64,000 nucleotides of DNA from NCBI GenBank assembly GCA_050633245.1, contig JBOEGD010000026.1, positions 1 through 64,000 on the forward strand, given 5' to 3'. The notes below the pieces were generated by a model. The model made no database searches, was not told where the DNA came from, and worked only from the letters and a program-made list of their open reading frames with translations. Origin of the DNA: Calditrichia bacterium. GTDB taxonomy: Bacteria > Calditrichota > Calditrichia > RBG-13-44-9 > J075. The number at the start of each line of letters is the position of its first letter. Position 1 is the first letter of the stretch. The position numbers were made by a program, and so were the translations under genes. Below, in pieces: positions 49,825 through 59,358 of the stretch.

Positions 49825-50028
49825 ATGAGCTTCAAGGAGCTATTTATGTTATTTAATCGAGCCGTTACCATCGAAGTACCCAAAATCACTCATGAAACAA
49901 GAACCGGTATTCTTATTGAACACAATAGTATGAATGCCTGGCTTCCCAAAGCCAAAGTTACTATTGAGCAGTTAGATGATTGCGTGCGAGTAAAGTTGCC
50001 TCGCCGTCTCTACAAGAAAAAGTTCTAA
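49825..50028 (+). CDS. Small hypothetical protein (67 aa)
   Basis: GGGAGG SD; HET..GILI...WLPK motif. Confidence 0.7.
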   Translation: MSFKELFMLFNRAVTIEVPKITHETRTGILIEHNSMNAWLPKAKVTIEQLDDCVRVKLPRRLYKKKF

Positions 50029-50233
50029 ATACAGGTATTCTATCGAGTTCTTACGCTACTATAATATTACTATTCCTTTTCTCGGCTGCCATTGCCAACT
50101 AATTTTCGTGCGTCCCAACGCATGCCGGTAGAGCTGCGCCCTCTCGAACCTAAAATTACTTTTTATTTCCTCTTTCTGCTGTTACATTGTAACCCCGATA
50201 ACGAAACCTGAATCCAATAACATATGTGGACTG

Positions 50234-50842
50234 ATGATTAAGGATAAAGCTCTTCAAAAAAGCCATGTGCTACAGTTGGTCGAGAAAACAAAGCAGGGCG
50301 ATGAACAGGCATTTACCGAGTTGGTAACGATATATAGCGATCGCGTTTATAATCTCGCCCTAAGGATTCTGCGCAAGCAGGATGATGCTGCCGATATTTT
50401 ACAAGAAACCTTTATTAAGGTTTATGAGAAAATAAATACGTTCGATGGTAGAGCCGATTTTTTTACCTGGCTATATCGTATTGCAACGAACCTGAGTCTG
50501 ATGAAGTTGCGCAAGGAAAAGCGCACGGTGGTCACGGATAAGGACCTGGAGGAACATTTCGATCGTCCGGATAGCGTCGAAATTCAGAAATGGCGCGATA
50601 TTCCACTCGAAAGTATGTTGTCTGCGGAGTTTCGTCTGCACTTGGATAGGGCTGTAGACTCGCTGTCAGAAATTTATCGCTCGGTATTTGTTTTACGCGA
50701 TCTTGAAGGTCTTTCAATAAAAGAAACCAGCAAGATTCTCAACATTACCGAAACAAATGTAAAAGTAAGATTAAAACGTGCACGCATGTTCTTACGAGAA
50801 AAACTAGCAGGCTATATGAGTGAATTGGTAAAGGAAGCGTAG
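50234..50842 (+). CDS. ECF sigma factor (sigma-70 group 4)
   Basis: GDEQAF, DAADILQETF, FFTWLYRIA, TNVKVRLKRAR. Confidence 0.95.
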   Translation: MIKDKALQKSHVLQLVEKTKQGDEQAFTELVTIYSDRVYNLALRILRKQDDAADILQETFIKVYEKINTFDGRADFFTWLYRIATNLSLMKLRKEKRTVVTDKDLEEHFDRPDSVEIQKWRDIPLESMLSAEFRLHLDRAVDSLSEIYRSVFVLRDLEGLSIKETSKILNITETNVKVRLKRARMFLREKLAGYMSELVKEA

Positions 50843-50844
50843 CG

Positions 50845-51099
50845 ATGTCAAAATCTGAAAAAATGAAGTTTGATCCCTCTGCTATTGATGAGCTTTGTAA
50901 CTATCTCGGCTATGAACTCGATGGAAATATGTGTCAGGAACTAAGAGACTTTATCGAAACGTGTCCTGAATGGCGCGATTACATCTCTTCCGTTGAAAGT
51001 ACGGTAAAAATTTGCAAAAAATTACACGAGCAGGCACCTGTCCCGGATCAGGTAAAATCTGAGCTCCTTCAAAAGATAAAGCGCGTTTGTAAAAAATAA
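50845..51099 (+). CDS. Soluble anti-sigma factor, ZAS-like with a degenerate zinc motif
   Basis: Adjacent to ECF gene; L..YL..EL...FIETCPEW in place of HxxxCxxC. Confidence 0.75.
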   Translation: MSKSEKMKFDPSAIDELCNYLGYELDGNMCQELRDFIETCPEWRDYISSVESTVKICKKLHEQAPVPDQVKSELLQKIKRVCKK

Positions 51100-51213
51100 G
51101 CTGCTTTAACCGCCCTTTTCTCCCTTCTTAAGAAACTTCTTTCGATTTTGCAAAGGACACAGCATATTTTATGCTGTGATCTACTTGTATGCTTTCCAAA
51201 TGAGGAGTCTCCG

Positions 51214-53409
51214 ATGAATTTTCGTGCAATGGTTTTACTGTCGTTCTGTGCCGCTTTTCTAGCCTCTGGCTTATTCGCTCAGGATTCCACTTCCCCCACA
51301 AAAAAAGAAAAGAAAATGCTGACGGTTGAAGAGGCAAACAAATTGGCTTTTGCCGGCTTTTTTCGTCTTCCCAGAAGTGTGAAATGGCTACCTAAAGGAC
51401 AACGCTCCAGCCATGTCAAAACAGATCGTAAGACTCGCAGCCAACAGCTATGGAAAATGGATGCCGCATCTGGCAAAGAGGTAATGATTCTATCCAGTGA
51501 TGATTTGAAAAAAGACGAAGATACTGCCGGACCTTCTTTTAACAACTATAGCTGGGAGCCCGATGGCAACGGCATCGTGTTTCAGGATGGCAATACCATC
51601 TGGCGATATCGCTTTGGCCAGAAGAGGCTGATTCAGGTGATATCAAGTGAAACCGATATCGAGTTGATGCAGATGTCGCCTACTGGAAAGCATATTGCCT
51701 TTGTCGATGCCGGAGATTTATATGTGGTCGACCTTGAGGGCAACAAAACCCGTCTGACAACTGATGGTTCCGATATGGTATTGAACGGCAAGCTGGATTG
51801 GGTTTATCAGGAAGAGCTTGTCGGAAGAGGGCAGTTTAGTGCTTATCTATGGTCTCCGGATGGAAAACATATTGCCTATTTACAATTTGATCAGGAACCG
51901 GTTCCGCATTATCCTCTGGTAAACTGGGATCCATATCGTGCTGAAGTAGACATGATGCGCTATCCGAAAGCCGGTGATCCAAATTCAATTGTTAAACTGG
52001 GCGTTGTGTCTGTCGGCGGTGGGGAAACAAGCTGGATAGATAGCAATGCCGAAAATGATGCCTATTTCCCACGACTGTACTGGCTTCCTTCATCTAAAAA
52101 AGTTGCATATTTTCGCCTCGATCGGCGACAGAAGAACCTCGAATTTGTTTTTGCATCCACCAATGGCAAAAAAAAGACTGTCGTGCTAAAGGAAAGCGAT
52201 CCGCACTGGATAAATTTGAACGACTTTGTTCACTTTTTTGAAAAGAAAGATCAGTTTTTATGGAGCTCCGAGCGTAGCGGTTACAACCACCTCTACCTTT
52301 ATGATTATAGCGGTAAGATGGTTAAGCAGCTGACATCCGGAGACTGGCTTGTTGATAAGCTTGCTGCTGTAAATGAAAAGCGCGGTGAGGTTTACTTTAC
52401 CTCGACCAAAGCCGATGTTCGTGAACGTCATCTGTATAAGGTAAAGACGAATGGCAAGGGTTTAAAGCAGTTGACCAAAGCCAAAGGTGTTCACCGTATT
52501 AACATGGACAAGGCTGGAGAATACTACCTTGGCTCATTTAGCAATACAAGCACCGGCACAGAAATGCGCAGCTATACTCGCGAAGGCAAACTGACACACA
52601 CGCTGGTTGAAGCCGATAATTCACTCGAAGAAACGTATCATCTTAGTAAGCTGGAATTAATTACATTCAAAGGGGATAACGGCTTTACCTATTATGCGAA
52701 TATTCTTAAACCGATAAACTTTGACCCGAACAAAAAATATCCGGTTCTTATCTCTACTTACGGTGGCCCGCATGCGCAGGTGGTGCAAAACAATGGGCGA
52801 GGGAATCTCTGGCATCACATGCTGGCGCAGAAAGGCTATATTGTTTTTAGTATGGATAATCGTGGTGCTGCAGGGCGAGGCCACGAGTGGGAAACGCCGA
52901 TACATGAGCAGATGGGTAAAATTGAATTGGAAGATCAGCTGCGTGGCGTTGCTTATTTAAAATCTCTTCCCTACGTCGATGGTGACCGTCTTGGCATTTG
53001 GGGCTGGAGCTATGGAGGTTATATGACGCTGTATGCAATGACGCACTCCGATGTTTTTAGGGCCGGAATATCGGTCGCGCCGGTAACGGATTGGCGCAAT
53101 TATGATACTGCTTATACTGAACGATATATGGGACTCCCCTCTGAGAATGAAGATGGCTATCGCGATAGCGCACCGGTAAATGCTGCCGAAAATTTGAGTG
53201 GGCGGCTCTTGCTGGTTCATGGTACGGGCGATGATAATGTACATATGCAAAACGCTGTGCATATGACGGATAAGCTGGTTGACGCCGGTAAACAGTTCGA
53301 TCAGATGTTTTATCCAAATCAAAAACACGGTATTCGCAATGATCGTAATCATCTCTTTAAAAAAATGACAGAATTTCTGGAGATGTATTTGCCACTGAAT
53401 AAGGATTAG
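51214..53409 (+). CDS. Dipeptidyl peptidase IV (S9B), secreted
   Basis: DWVYQEE, YPKAG, YGGP, GWSYGG, DDNVH, H triad. Confidence 0.95.
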   Translation: MNFRAMVLLSFCAAFLASGLFAQDSTSPTKKEKKMLTVEEANKLAFAGFFRLPRSVKWLPKGQRSSHVKTDRKTRSQQLWKMDAASGKEVMILSSDDLKKDEDTAGPSFNNYSWEPDGNGIVFQDGNTIWRYRFGQKRLIQVISSETDIELMQMSPTGKHIAFVDAGDLYVVDLEGNKTRLTTDGSDMVLNGKLDWVYQEELVGRGQFSAYLWSPDGKHIAYLQFDQEPVPHYPLVNWDPYRAEVDMMRYPKAGDPNSIVKLGVVSVGGGETSWIDSNAENDAYFPRLYWLPSSKKVAYFRLDRRQKNLEFVFASTNGKKKTVVLKESDPHWINLNDFVHFFEKKDQFLWSSERSGYNHLYLYDYSGKMVKQLTSGDWLVDKLAAVNEKRGEVYFTSTKADVRERHLYKVKTNGKGLKQLTKAKGVHRINMDKAGEYYLGSFSNTSTGTEMRSYTREGKLTHTLVEADNSLEETYHLSKLELITFKGDNGFTYYANILKPINFDPNKKYPVLISTYGGPHAQVVQNNGRGNLWHHMLAQKGYIVFSMDNRGAAGRGHEWETPIHEQMGKIELEDQLRGVAYLKSLPYVDGDRLGIWGWSYGGYMTLYAMTHSDVFRAGISVAPVTDWRNYDTAYTERYMGLPSENEDGYRDSAPVNAAENLSGRLLLVHGTGDDNVHMQNAVHMTDKLVDAGKQFDQMFYPNQKHGIRNDRNHLFKKMTEFLEMYLPLNKD

Positions 53410-53414
53410 TCTTA

Positions 53415-55199
53415 ATGAGCTACCAATCTTCCGATGCCCCGGTTTCCGATCGTGTCGCCCATGCAATGATGCGTGGGTTTGAGGGGTTCTTTGCTCAATT
53501 CAAAGCCGTTACACGTCGCGCTAAAGGCCGTTTTGAGCGACGCCATTGGCACGGAATGCAAACGGATGCTTCCGTACGATTAAAATTTTATCGTCGCGCT
53601 ACAGATATGGCACTCCAGGATATCAAGGCTATTATGGGTGATAGAATTAATGAGCTTGAGCTATGGAGTATGGCGAAGGCCTGTTATTCAGAGCTGCTGA
53701 TTGATCGGGAAGATTGGGAACTGGCCGAGACGTTTTACAACTCTGTTACGCGTCGGTTGTTTACTACGGTTGGTGTTAATCCACAATTCGAATTTGTTGA
53801 TACCGTTGTCGAAACCCCACCGATATTATATGGCGAGCAGCTCTATTATACCTATCAAGATGATATTCCGCTTGTTGATTTAGTCCTCCGGATTCTACAG
53901 GACTACCCTTTTCAGCCAACCTACTGTAATCTTCGTAAGAGCGCCGACCTTATTGCCAGTCGAATTCAGGAACATCTCGAAAGCATTGGTGCGATGCGTA
54001 CGGTGCAACGAACGCAGATGATAAAGTCGGTATTTTATCGCGGTAAAGGCGCCTACATTATTGGCAAATTGTTTAGCGGTTCCCATCAAATTCCAATCGT
54101 TTTGGCGCTTCTGAATAAAAAAGATGGCGTTTCCATAGATGCCGTTTTGTTGGAAGAGAATGATGTGAGTATTCTCTTCAGCTTTACGCGTTCCTACTTT
54201 CTGGTAGATGTCGATCGATATTACGATCTTGTTCGTTTCCTTAAGTCCATTATGCCCCGTAAGCGAATAGCGGAGCTGTATATTGCTCTTGGCCATAACA
54301 AGCATGGCAAAACGGAACTATATCGGGATATTATTTATCATTTCCAGGCTTCGGATGACCGTTTTGAATATACCCAGGGTGTAGTTGGCATGGTAATGAT
54401 TGTGTTTACAATTCCCGGACTGGATGTTGTCTTTAAGATTATCCGCGACAAATTTACCTACCCGAAGATTACGGATCATAAAATGGTGCTGGATAAATAC
54501 AATTTGGTATTCAAACACGATCGTGCCGGTCGTTTGGTAGATGCGCAGGAATTCAATTACCTTGAATTTGACAGGACTTTATTTAATGAAACGTTGTTGG
54601 CCGATTTGCTTAAGGATGCAAAGAAGACCGTGGAAATTAAGGGTAATCAGGTCGTAATAAAGCACGCATATATTGAGCGTCGGATGATTCCACTAGACAT
54701 TTTTGCTGCCGAAGCATCGGAAGATGCGGCAATTGCAGCGGTTGTCGACTATGGGCAGGCGATTAAAGATCTTGCTAAGACGAATATCTTTCCGGGTGAT
54801 ATGTTGTTGAAAAACTTTGGTGTCACCAGACATGGTCGGGTGGTCTTTTACGATTATGATGAGCTTTGTTTATTAAGTGAATGCAATTTCAGACATATTC
54901 CACAGGCCCCCAACCTGGCCGATCTTGATGAAAATTTTGATGCCGAGAAATGGTTCACCATCGGTGAGAAGGATATTTTTCCGACCGAATTTATTCATTT
55001 CCTTGGTTTATTGGGGAAGCTGCGGATTGCCTTCCTGCAAAACCACCAGGAAATTTACAAAGTGGAATATTGGCAATGGTTGCAGGAACGAATCGATAAA
55101 GGGGAAATTATTCATACTCTGCCCTACAGAAAGGATAAACGTTTGCAGCCGGATTCTCCGGTGAACATTCCGTTTGTTTCGCAGCCGGAAGCAGAATAA
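53415..55199 (+). CDS. aceK: Isocitrate dehydrogenase kinase/phosphatase
   Basis: ELAETFYNS, FSFTRSYF, KHGKTE, GMVM, HDRAGR, IFPGDMLLKNFGVTRHGRVVFYDYDE. Confidence 0.96.
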   Translation: MSYQSSDAPVSDRVAHAMMRGFEGFFAQFKAVTRRAKGRFERRHWHGMQTDASVRLKFYRRATDMALQDIKAIMGDRINELELWSMAKACYSELLIDREDWELAETFYNSVTRRLFTTVGVNPQFEFVDTVVETPPILYGEQLYYTYQDDIPLVDLVLRILQDYPFQPTYCNLRKSADLIASRIQEHLESIGAMRTVQRTQMIKSVFYRGKGAYIIGKLFSGSHQIPIVLALLNKKDGVSIDAVLLEENDVSILFSFTRSYFLVDVDRYYDLVRFLKSIMPRKRIAELYIALGHNKHGKTELYRDIIYHFQASDDRFEYTQGVVGMVMIVFTIPGLDVVFKIIRDKFTYPKITDHKMVLDKYNLVFKHDRAGRLVDAQEFNYLEFDRTLFNETLLADLLKDAKKTVEIKGNQVVIKHAYIERRMIPLDIFAAEASEDAAIAAVVDYGQAIKDLAKTNIFPGDMLLKNFGVTRHGRVVFYDYDELCLLSECNFRHIPQAPNLADLDENFDAEKWFTIGEKDIFPTEFIHFLGLLGKLRIAFLQNHQEIYKVEYWQWLQERIDKGEIIHTLPYRKDKRLQPDSPVNIPFVSQPEAE

Positions 55200-55211
55200 T
55201 TAGCTGTTGTT

Positions 55212-55850
55212 TTAAGCTGTCCCTTTTTTAAAAATAACGGCAGTACGAGTGTGGTAAACAATGTTCAGCGTATAACTGTTTGCTAACCAATCGAACGTTT
55301 CGCGAGAATAAAATGAGACATGTGTATCGTCGCGAATGTAGTGCCATGTGGGGAAGCGTTTGAGCTCGGTAAGCTGCTGAGTCATAATGCCCAAATATCC
55401 ATCCTCTTTCACCAATTCAACTAAAGTTTTCCATTCCTTTTCCGGGTTACGAAAGTGCTCTGCTGTTTCTGTACAGACGACAAAGTCGTAGATCTTTTCT
55501 AATACTTCAGGATTGTTGGCGTAATAAGGATCGAATAATGTCATTTCAAAATCGGCTTCTTTCAACATTCTTGCGAGCGCCGGCCCGGGTCCGCAACCAA
55601 AATCGAGCCCACTGGCTCCGGTTGGTAACAGCGGAATGAGCGGTTCGCTCATCTGCGATAAAAACTGCCGGTAACGTGGATCCTCCGGGTTGTTATCATG
55701 ATTATCGTAACGCCTTTTTTCCTCATCAGGGGTAAGATGAAACGATTGCGGAACAAATACCAAATGACATGTCGAGCAGTGAAAGTAATCACGTGTGGTA
55801 TCACGGTGAAAGGCGGTTGCCTCGGATTGACAAAGAGAGCAGGTGGTCAT
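55212..55850 (-). CDS. SAM methyltransferase with N-terminal Zn ribbon
   Basis: CxxC...CxxC, LDFGCGPG, WHY..D.THVSFY. Confidence 0.9.
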   Translation of the reverse strand: MTTCSLCQSEATAFHRDTTRDYFHCSTCHLVFVPQSFHLTPDEEKRRYDNHDNNPEDPRYRQFLSQMSEPLIPLLPTGASGLDFGCGPGPALARMLKEADFEMTLFDPYYANNPEVLEKIYDFVVCTETAEHFRNPEKEWKTLVELVKEDGYLGIMTQQLTELKRFPTWHYIRDDTHVSFYSRETFDWLANSYTLNIVYHTRTAVIFKKGTA

Positions 55851-55881
55851 AATTGCGAAAATTCCGTGTTTTTTATCAGGC

Positions 55882-56116
55882 CAGACTGGAGCATTGTAAG
55901 AATGGAGCAGTCTGGGGATTTCTAAGAGTACTATATATTCCTTAGAAAAGTAGGAAATTTTGATTTTTTTAAAAAATACATCCAAGGTGCATTATTGCTT
56001 GACTTAGAGAGGGAGAGTTTTCGCTGAACAGATGTTGCCCGATTTTTAATCAGACTGGAGCATTGTAAGAATGGAGCATTAGGGTGGAGCAGTTTTCAAA
56101 ACTGCTCCACCCTAAT
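55882..56116. repeat. 28-bp direct repeat (55882-55909, 56051-56078) plus a 39-bp GGAGCAG-family palindrome (56078-56116)
   Basis: cagactggagcattgtaagaatggagca x2; attagggtggagcagtttt-c-aaaactgctccaccctaat. Confidence 0.88.
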
Positions 56117-56271
56117 TCAAATTTGGGGTCCCCCACTTTTCGAAAACCTCGCCTTAATAAGCCAGAATTTATACTTACGTGATACTTTATTGAGGTTGAC
56201 AGGATTCTTCTTTTCAACAATCTTTGTATGTTTGACTATCACAAGTTTGTCTATCTCAAAATGAGGTGTCT

Positions 56272-57249
56272 ATGAAGTTATTACTTGTTTTCTCAATTTG
56301 GTTTATGTGCAGCGGCCTTCTGCAATTGACGGCGCAGGAAACACCTAAAGGTTATGAGCAATTACTGCCACGTGGCAAAATTTCTGCTATCGTTCAGCCT
56401 ACATTCATTTCGGCTGGAGAGGCCGAAATCGCAGATGACAGCTGGATTTTGGGAGTCGTTGTAAATGGCAAGGCTCGCGCTTACAGCTTAAACTTGCTTA
56501 ATTCACATGAAGTTGTAAACGATACTGAAGGTGATATTCACTTTGCCGCAGTGTGGTGACCTCTCGCAAATACCGCCGTCGTGTACGGCCGAGAATACAA
56601 TGAGCAGGTCTATACTTTAGAGGCATCTGGTGGCTTAATAAACGCGTCACTGATTATGCGTGACCGCGAGACCGATAGCTTTTGGTCACTTATGACCAGT
56701 GAAGTGATTGCCGGAAAACTCTCTGGTACCCAAATAAACGAATTGCCAATCGGTACTAAAACAATCTGGAAAAAGTGGCTACAGAAACATCCGAAAACAA
56801 TGGTGCTGTCAGTAAATGATAAAGAAGATGCCCCCTTTGGCTATGCGCGCTATTTCACTTCCGAAGGCGGATTTCGTGGTCTGGAAGCAACGGATGATCG
56901 TCTCTCAACCAAAGCGCAGGTTTATTCCTTCCACTATAATGGTCAGCCGTATGCCGTTTCCGCAAAAAAAATTGAAGGCGGGGCAGCGTTTGATGTCGGG
57001 GGTAAGCAGCTCTTCTTTTATCGTCCCAAAGACGCCGCGATGTATTTTTCCAGTATTGCAGTTATCGGAGACAAATTTGAACAGAAAGATGGTGTCTGGA
57101 CAGAGACCACGTTGGGCGTTAACTTTAACGTTGAAGAAATGCGCTTTAGAGGTGACGACTCAATGAAACTAAAGGCTGTTGGTGGATTCGATACTTTTTG
57201 GTACAACTGGAGTCTCACAAACCCTGATACCGAGTTGCTGGGGCAGTAG
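56272..57249 (+). CDS. Exported DUF3179-family selenoprotein (Sec at TGA 56557-56559)
   Basis: ORFs 56266-56559 and 56581-57249 share a frame; read-through gives HEVVND...AVW-U-PLANTAVVY at the family CPLC position; SGGL..ASLIMRDRETDSFWS and FWYNW...P.T motifs. Confidence 0.85.
56562..56594 (+). promoter_or_regulatory. Putative bacterial SECIS hairpin
   Basis: TCTCG/CGAGA lower stem, GCCGT/ACGGC upper stem, CGTGT loop starting 21 nt after UGA. Confidence 0.7.
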
Positions 57250-57337
57250 CGCAGAAAAAATGTTTGGGAAAATGCCTGTGTTTGGCTATTATTCAATAGC
57301 CCGTCACCGTTTTGCATACGCTGCAGGATCTGAGACT

Positions 57338-58144
57338 ATGACGCATTCTCCCCAAAATCCTATTAAGCCTGTCAAAGGTTTTCTGATAGATATTGATGGC
57401 GTTTTGTATGTTGAAAAACAGGTTATTCGCGGTGCTGTCGAATCCATCAATTACCTGCAGAAAAACAAGATCCCATTCTGCCTCGTCACAAACACCACAA
57501 GTAAAAGTCGCAATACTTTACACACGAATTTACAGCGAAAAGGATTTAAACTAAATCTTGAGCAGGTTTTCTCTGCTCCCTTTGCTACTGCTCAGTGGTT
57601 GAAAGAGCAGAATGTCTCCTCAATAAATCTTTTTTTACGCGGCGATGCGTATCGCGAGTTCAAAGATTTTCGGATCACCAATAACAAGCCTGAATATGTG
57701 GTGATTGGTGACGTTGGCGATGATCTTACTTATAAAAGCTTGAACCAGGCTTTCCGCCTTATTTTCAATGGGGCAAAAATGATTGCTTTGCAAAAAAATC
57801 GCTATTGGTTACGTGGAGATGGCCTGGCGATTGATGCCGGAGCAATTGTAGCAGCACTCGAATATGCAGCCTCAAAAAAAGCGCGCATTATCGGTAAGCC
57901 AAGCCCGGACTTTTTTCAACAAGCCATCCGGTCAATCGGCATTGCCAAAGAAAATCTTGCCATGATTGGCGACGATATGGAAGCGGATATCATTGGGGCA
58001 GCAAAAGAGGGACTTTATACAATTGCTGTTAAAACAGGCAAGTTTGGTAAGCGCAGCAATGTTAAAAAAGGACTACCTCATCTGGTTTTACCTTCAATTG
58101 CAGACCTTCCGGATTGGTTGGAGAAGCAAAAGGATTCACCATGA
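57338..58144 (+). CDS. HAD-IIA hydrolase (LHPP/TIGR01458-like)
   Basis: DIDGVL, TNTT, GKPS, IGDD..DI.GA. Confidence 0.92.
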   Translation: MTHSPQNPIKPVKGFLIDIDGVLYVEKQVIRGAVESINYLQKNKIPFCLVTNTTSKSRNTLHTNLQRKGFKLNLEQVFSAPFATAQWLKEQNVSSINLFLRGDAYREFKDFRITNNKPEYVVIGDVGDDLTYKSLNQAFRLIFNGAKMIALQKNRYWLRGDGLAIDAGAIVAALEYAASKKARIIGKPSPDFFQQAIRSIGIAKENLAMIGDDMEADIIGAAKEGLYTIAVKTGKFGKRSNVKKGLPHLVLPSIADLPDWLEKQKDSP

Positions 58145-58764
58145 TGATAAGACATATACTTCCCCACTATCTAATGATTCTGGTCTTGTTTTTTCTTGCG
58201 GGATGCACAACGTATAACCCCGAAGATACGGAATACCTCAACGCCATTGCCGAAGAGCGACGAACAAAAGATCTGAACTTCCGAACGGCAGAACATTCTC
58301 CACTTAAGCCGGAAATGAAGAATGACTTTAAGGGACTCAACTATTTCCCCGCCAGCGTGGATTGGCGTTTTGAAGGAAAGCTGGTTCTAAATGAGTCCAC
58401 TGTAATTGATACAATATTGGGAACTAAGGCGAAAGATAAGCGTCCTGCCAAGCGTCATGGCTGGTTTAAGTTTAGCAAAAACGGCAAAGATATGAGCCTG
58501 TTGGTCTACAAGATGTTACGCTCCAAGAGTGGATATGAAGACTATTTGTTTCTTGGGTTTACAGACAAAACGAGCGGAGATGAAAGCTACCCCGCCGGTC
58601 GATATATTGATCTGGTGAAAAATGATAACAATTTCTATGTTGTAGACTTCAATAAAGCCTACAATCCATACTGCGCGTATAATGCAAAATTTTCCTGTGC
58701 AATCCCACCATTAGAAAATGATCTGCCAATTGCCGTAACCGCAGGTGAAAAAGTGTTTAAATAG
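58141..58764 (+). CDS. DUF1684-family lipoprotein
   Basis: LAGC lipobox; SPL, L.YF, F.D.TSG.ESY..GRY, DFNKAYNPYCAY...C..PP. Confidence 0.9.
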   Translation: MMIRHILPHYLMILVLFFLAGCTTYNPEDTEYLNAIAEERRTKDLNFRTAEHSPLKPEMKNDFKGLNYFPASVDWRFEGKLVLNESTVIDTILGTKAKDKRPAKRHGWFKFSKNGKDMSLLVYKMLRSKSGYEDYLFLGFTDKTSGDESYPAGRYIDLVKNDNNFYVVDFNKAYNPYCAYNAKFSCAIPPLENDLPIAVTAGEKVFK

Positions 58765-58780
58765 AGCCGCACAATTGTAA

Positions 58781-59263
58781 TCATTTTTTTTCATACGTCT
58801 GCGTTTTTTCCTCGAAAATTTCAACAATCTTTTTCTTACGATATTCGAAAATGGTTTCTACGTTTTTTCGAACCATTGTGCTGTGAATCAGCGGAGAAAA
58901 AAACCAACCCGGAACCTCGTACTCTACGCGATCTGTCATCCAGGTGCCACCATCCTTTGCCTCGAAGGTGTGGGTGTGCTCCCATTTATTGTATGGGCCG
59001 CGTAGTTGGCGATCCATAAAACGATATGGTGGTTCCCAAACGAATATTTCTGTTCTCCAGCCAAATGGAATGCCGTAAAGCTTTAGTCGGTAGTTAAGCA
59101 AGCTGCCTTGCTCAATTGGGTCTGGAATTGGCGGTAGAATATTGAACTTTAAGATTTGTGGTGTAATTGCTTCCAAATTGCGAGCGTCCTGAAAAAATTG
59201 AAATGTCTCCTCTACGCTGGTAGGTAGCCAGAGCTCGGTTTCCAGTAAATACGTTTTTTTCAT
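58781..59263 (-). CDS. SRPBCC family protein
   Basis: NLEAITP, F.D.Q..GPY..W.H.H.F, IF.YR. Confidence 0.9.
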   Translation of the reverse strand: MKKTYLLETELWLPTSVEETFQFFQDARNLEAITPQILKFNILPPIPDPIEQGSLLNYRLKLYGIPFGWRTEIFVWEPPYRFMDRQLRGPYNKWEHTHTFEAKDGGTWMTDRVEYEVPGWFFSPLIHSTMVRKNVETIFEYRKKKIVEIFEEKTQTYEKK

Positions 59264-59358
59264 CGCGAAGCCTTTTCTATATTGGTTGGGTTATTTGGGT
59301 TTTATGTCGATCAAATATACAAATCGTCTCCATTGTTCACCATACTCGGATTTTATAT

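Noticed and set aside
50189-50220. ECF autoregulatory promoter (TGTAAC -35)
   Set aside because: The -35-like element is present but no convincing -10 could be assigned
56557-56559. Genome-wide UGA=Trp/Gly recoding or a simple nonsense pseudogene
   Set aside because: Many genes here end in TGA with ATGA overlaps; this TGA lies at a Cys column and is followed by a SECIS-like hairpin
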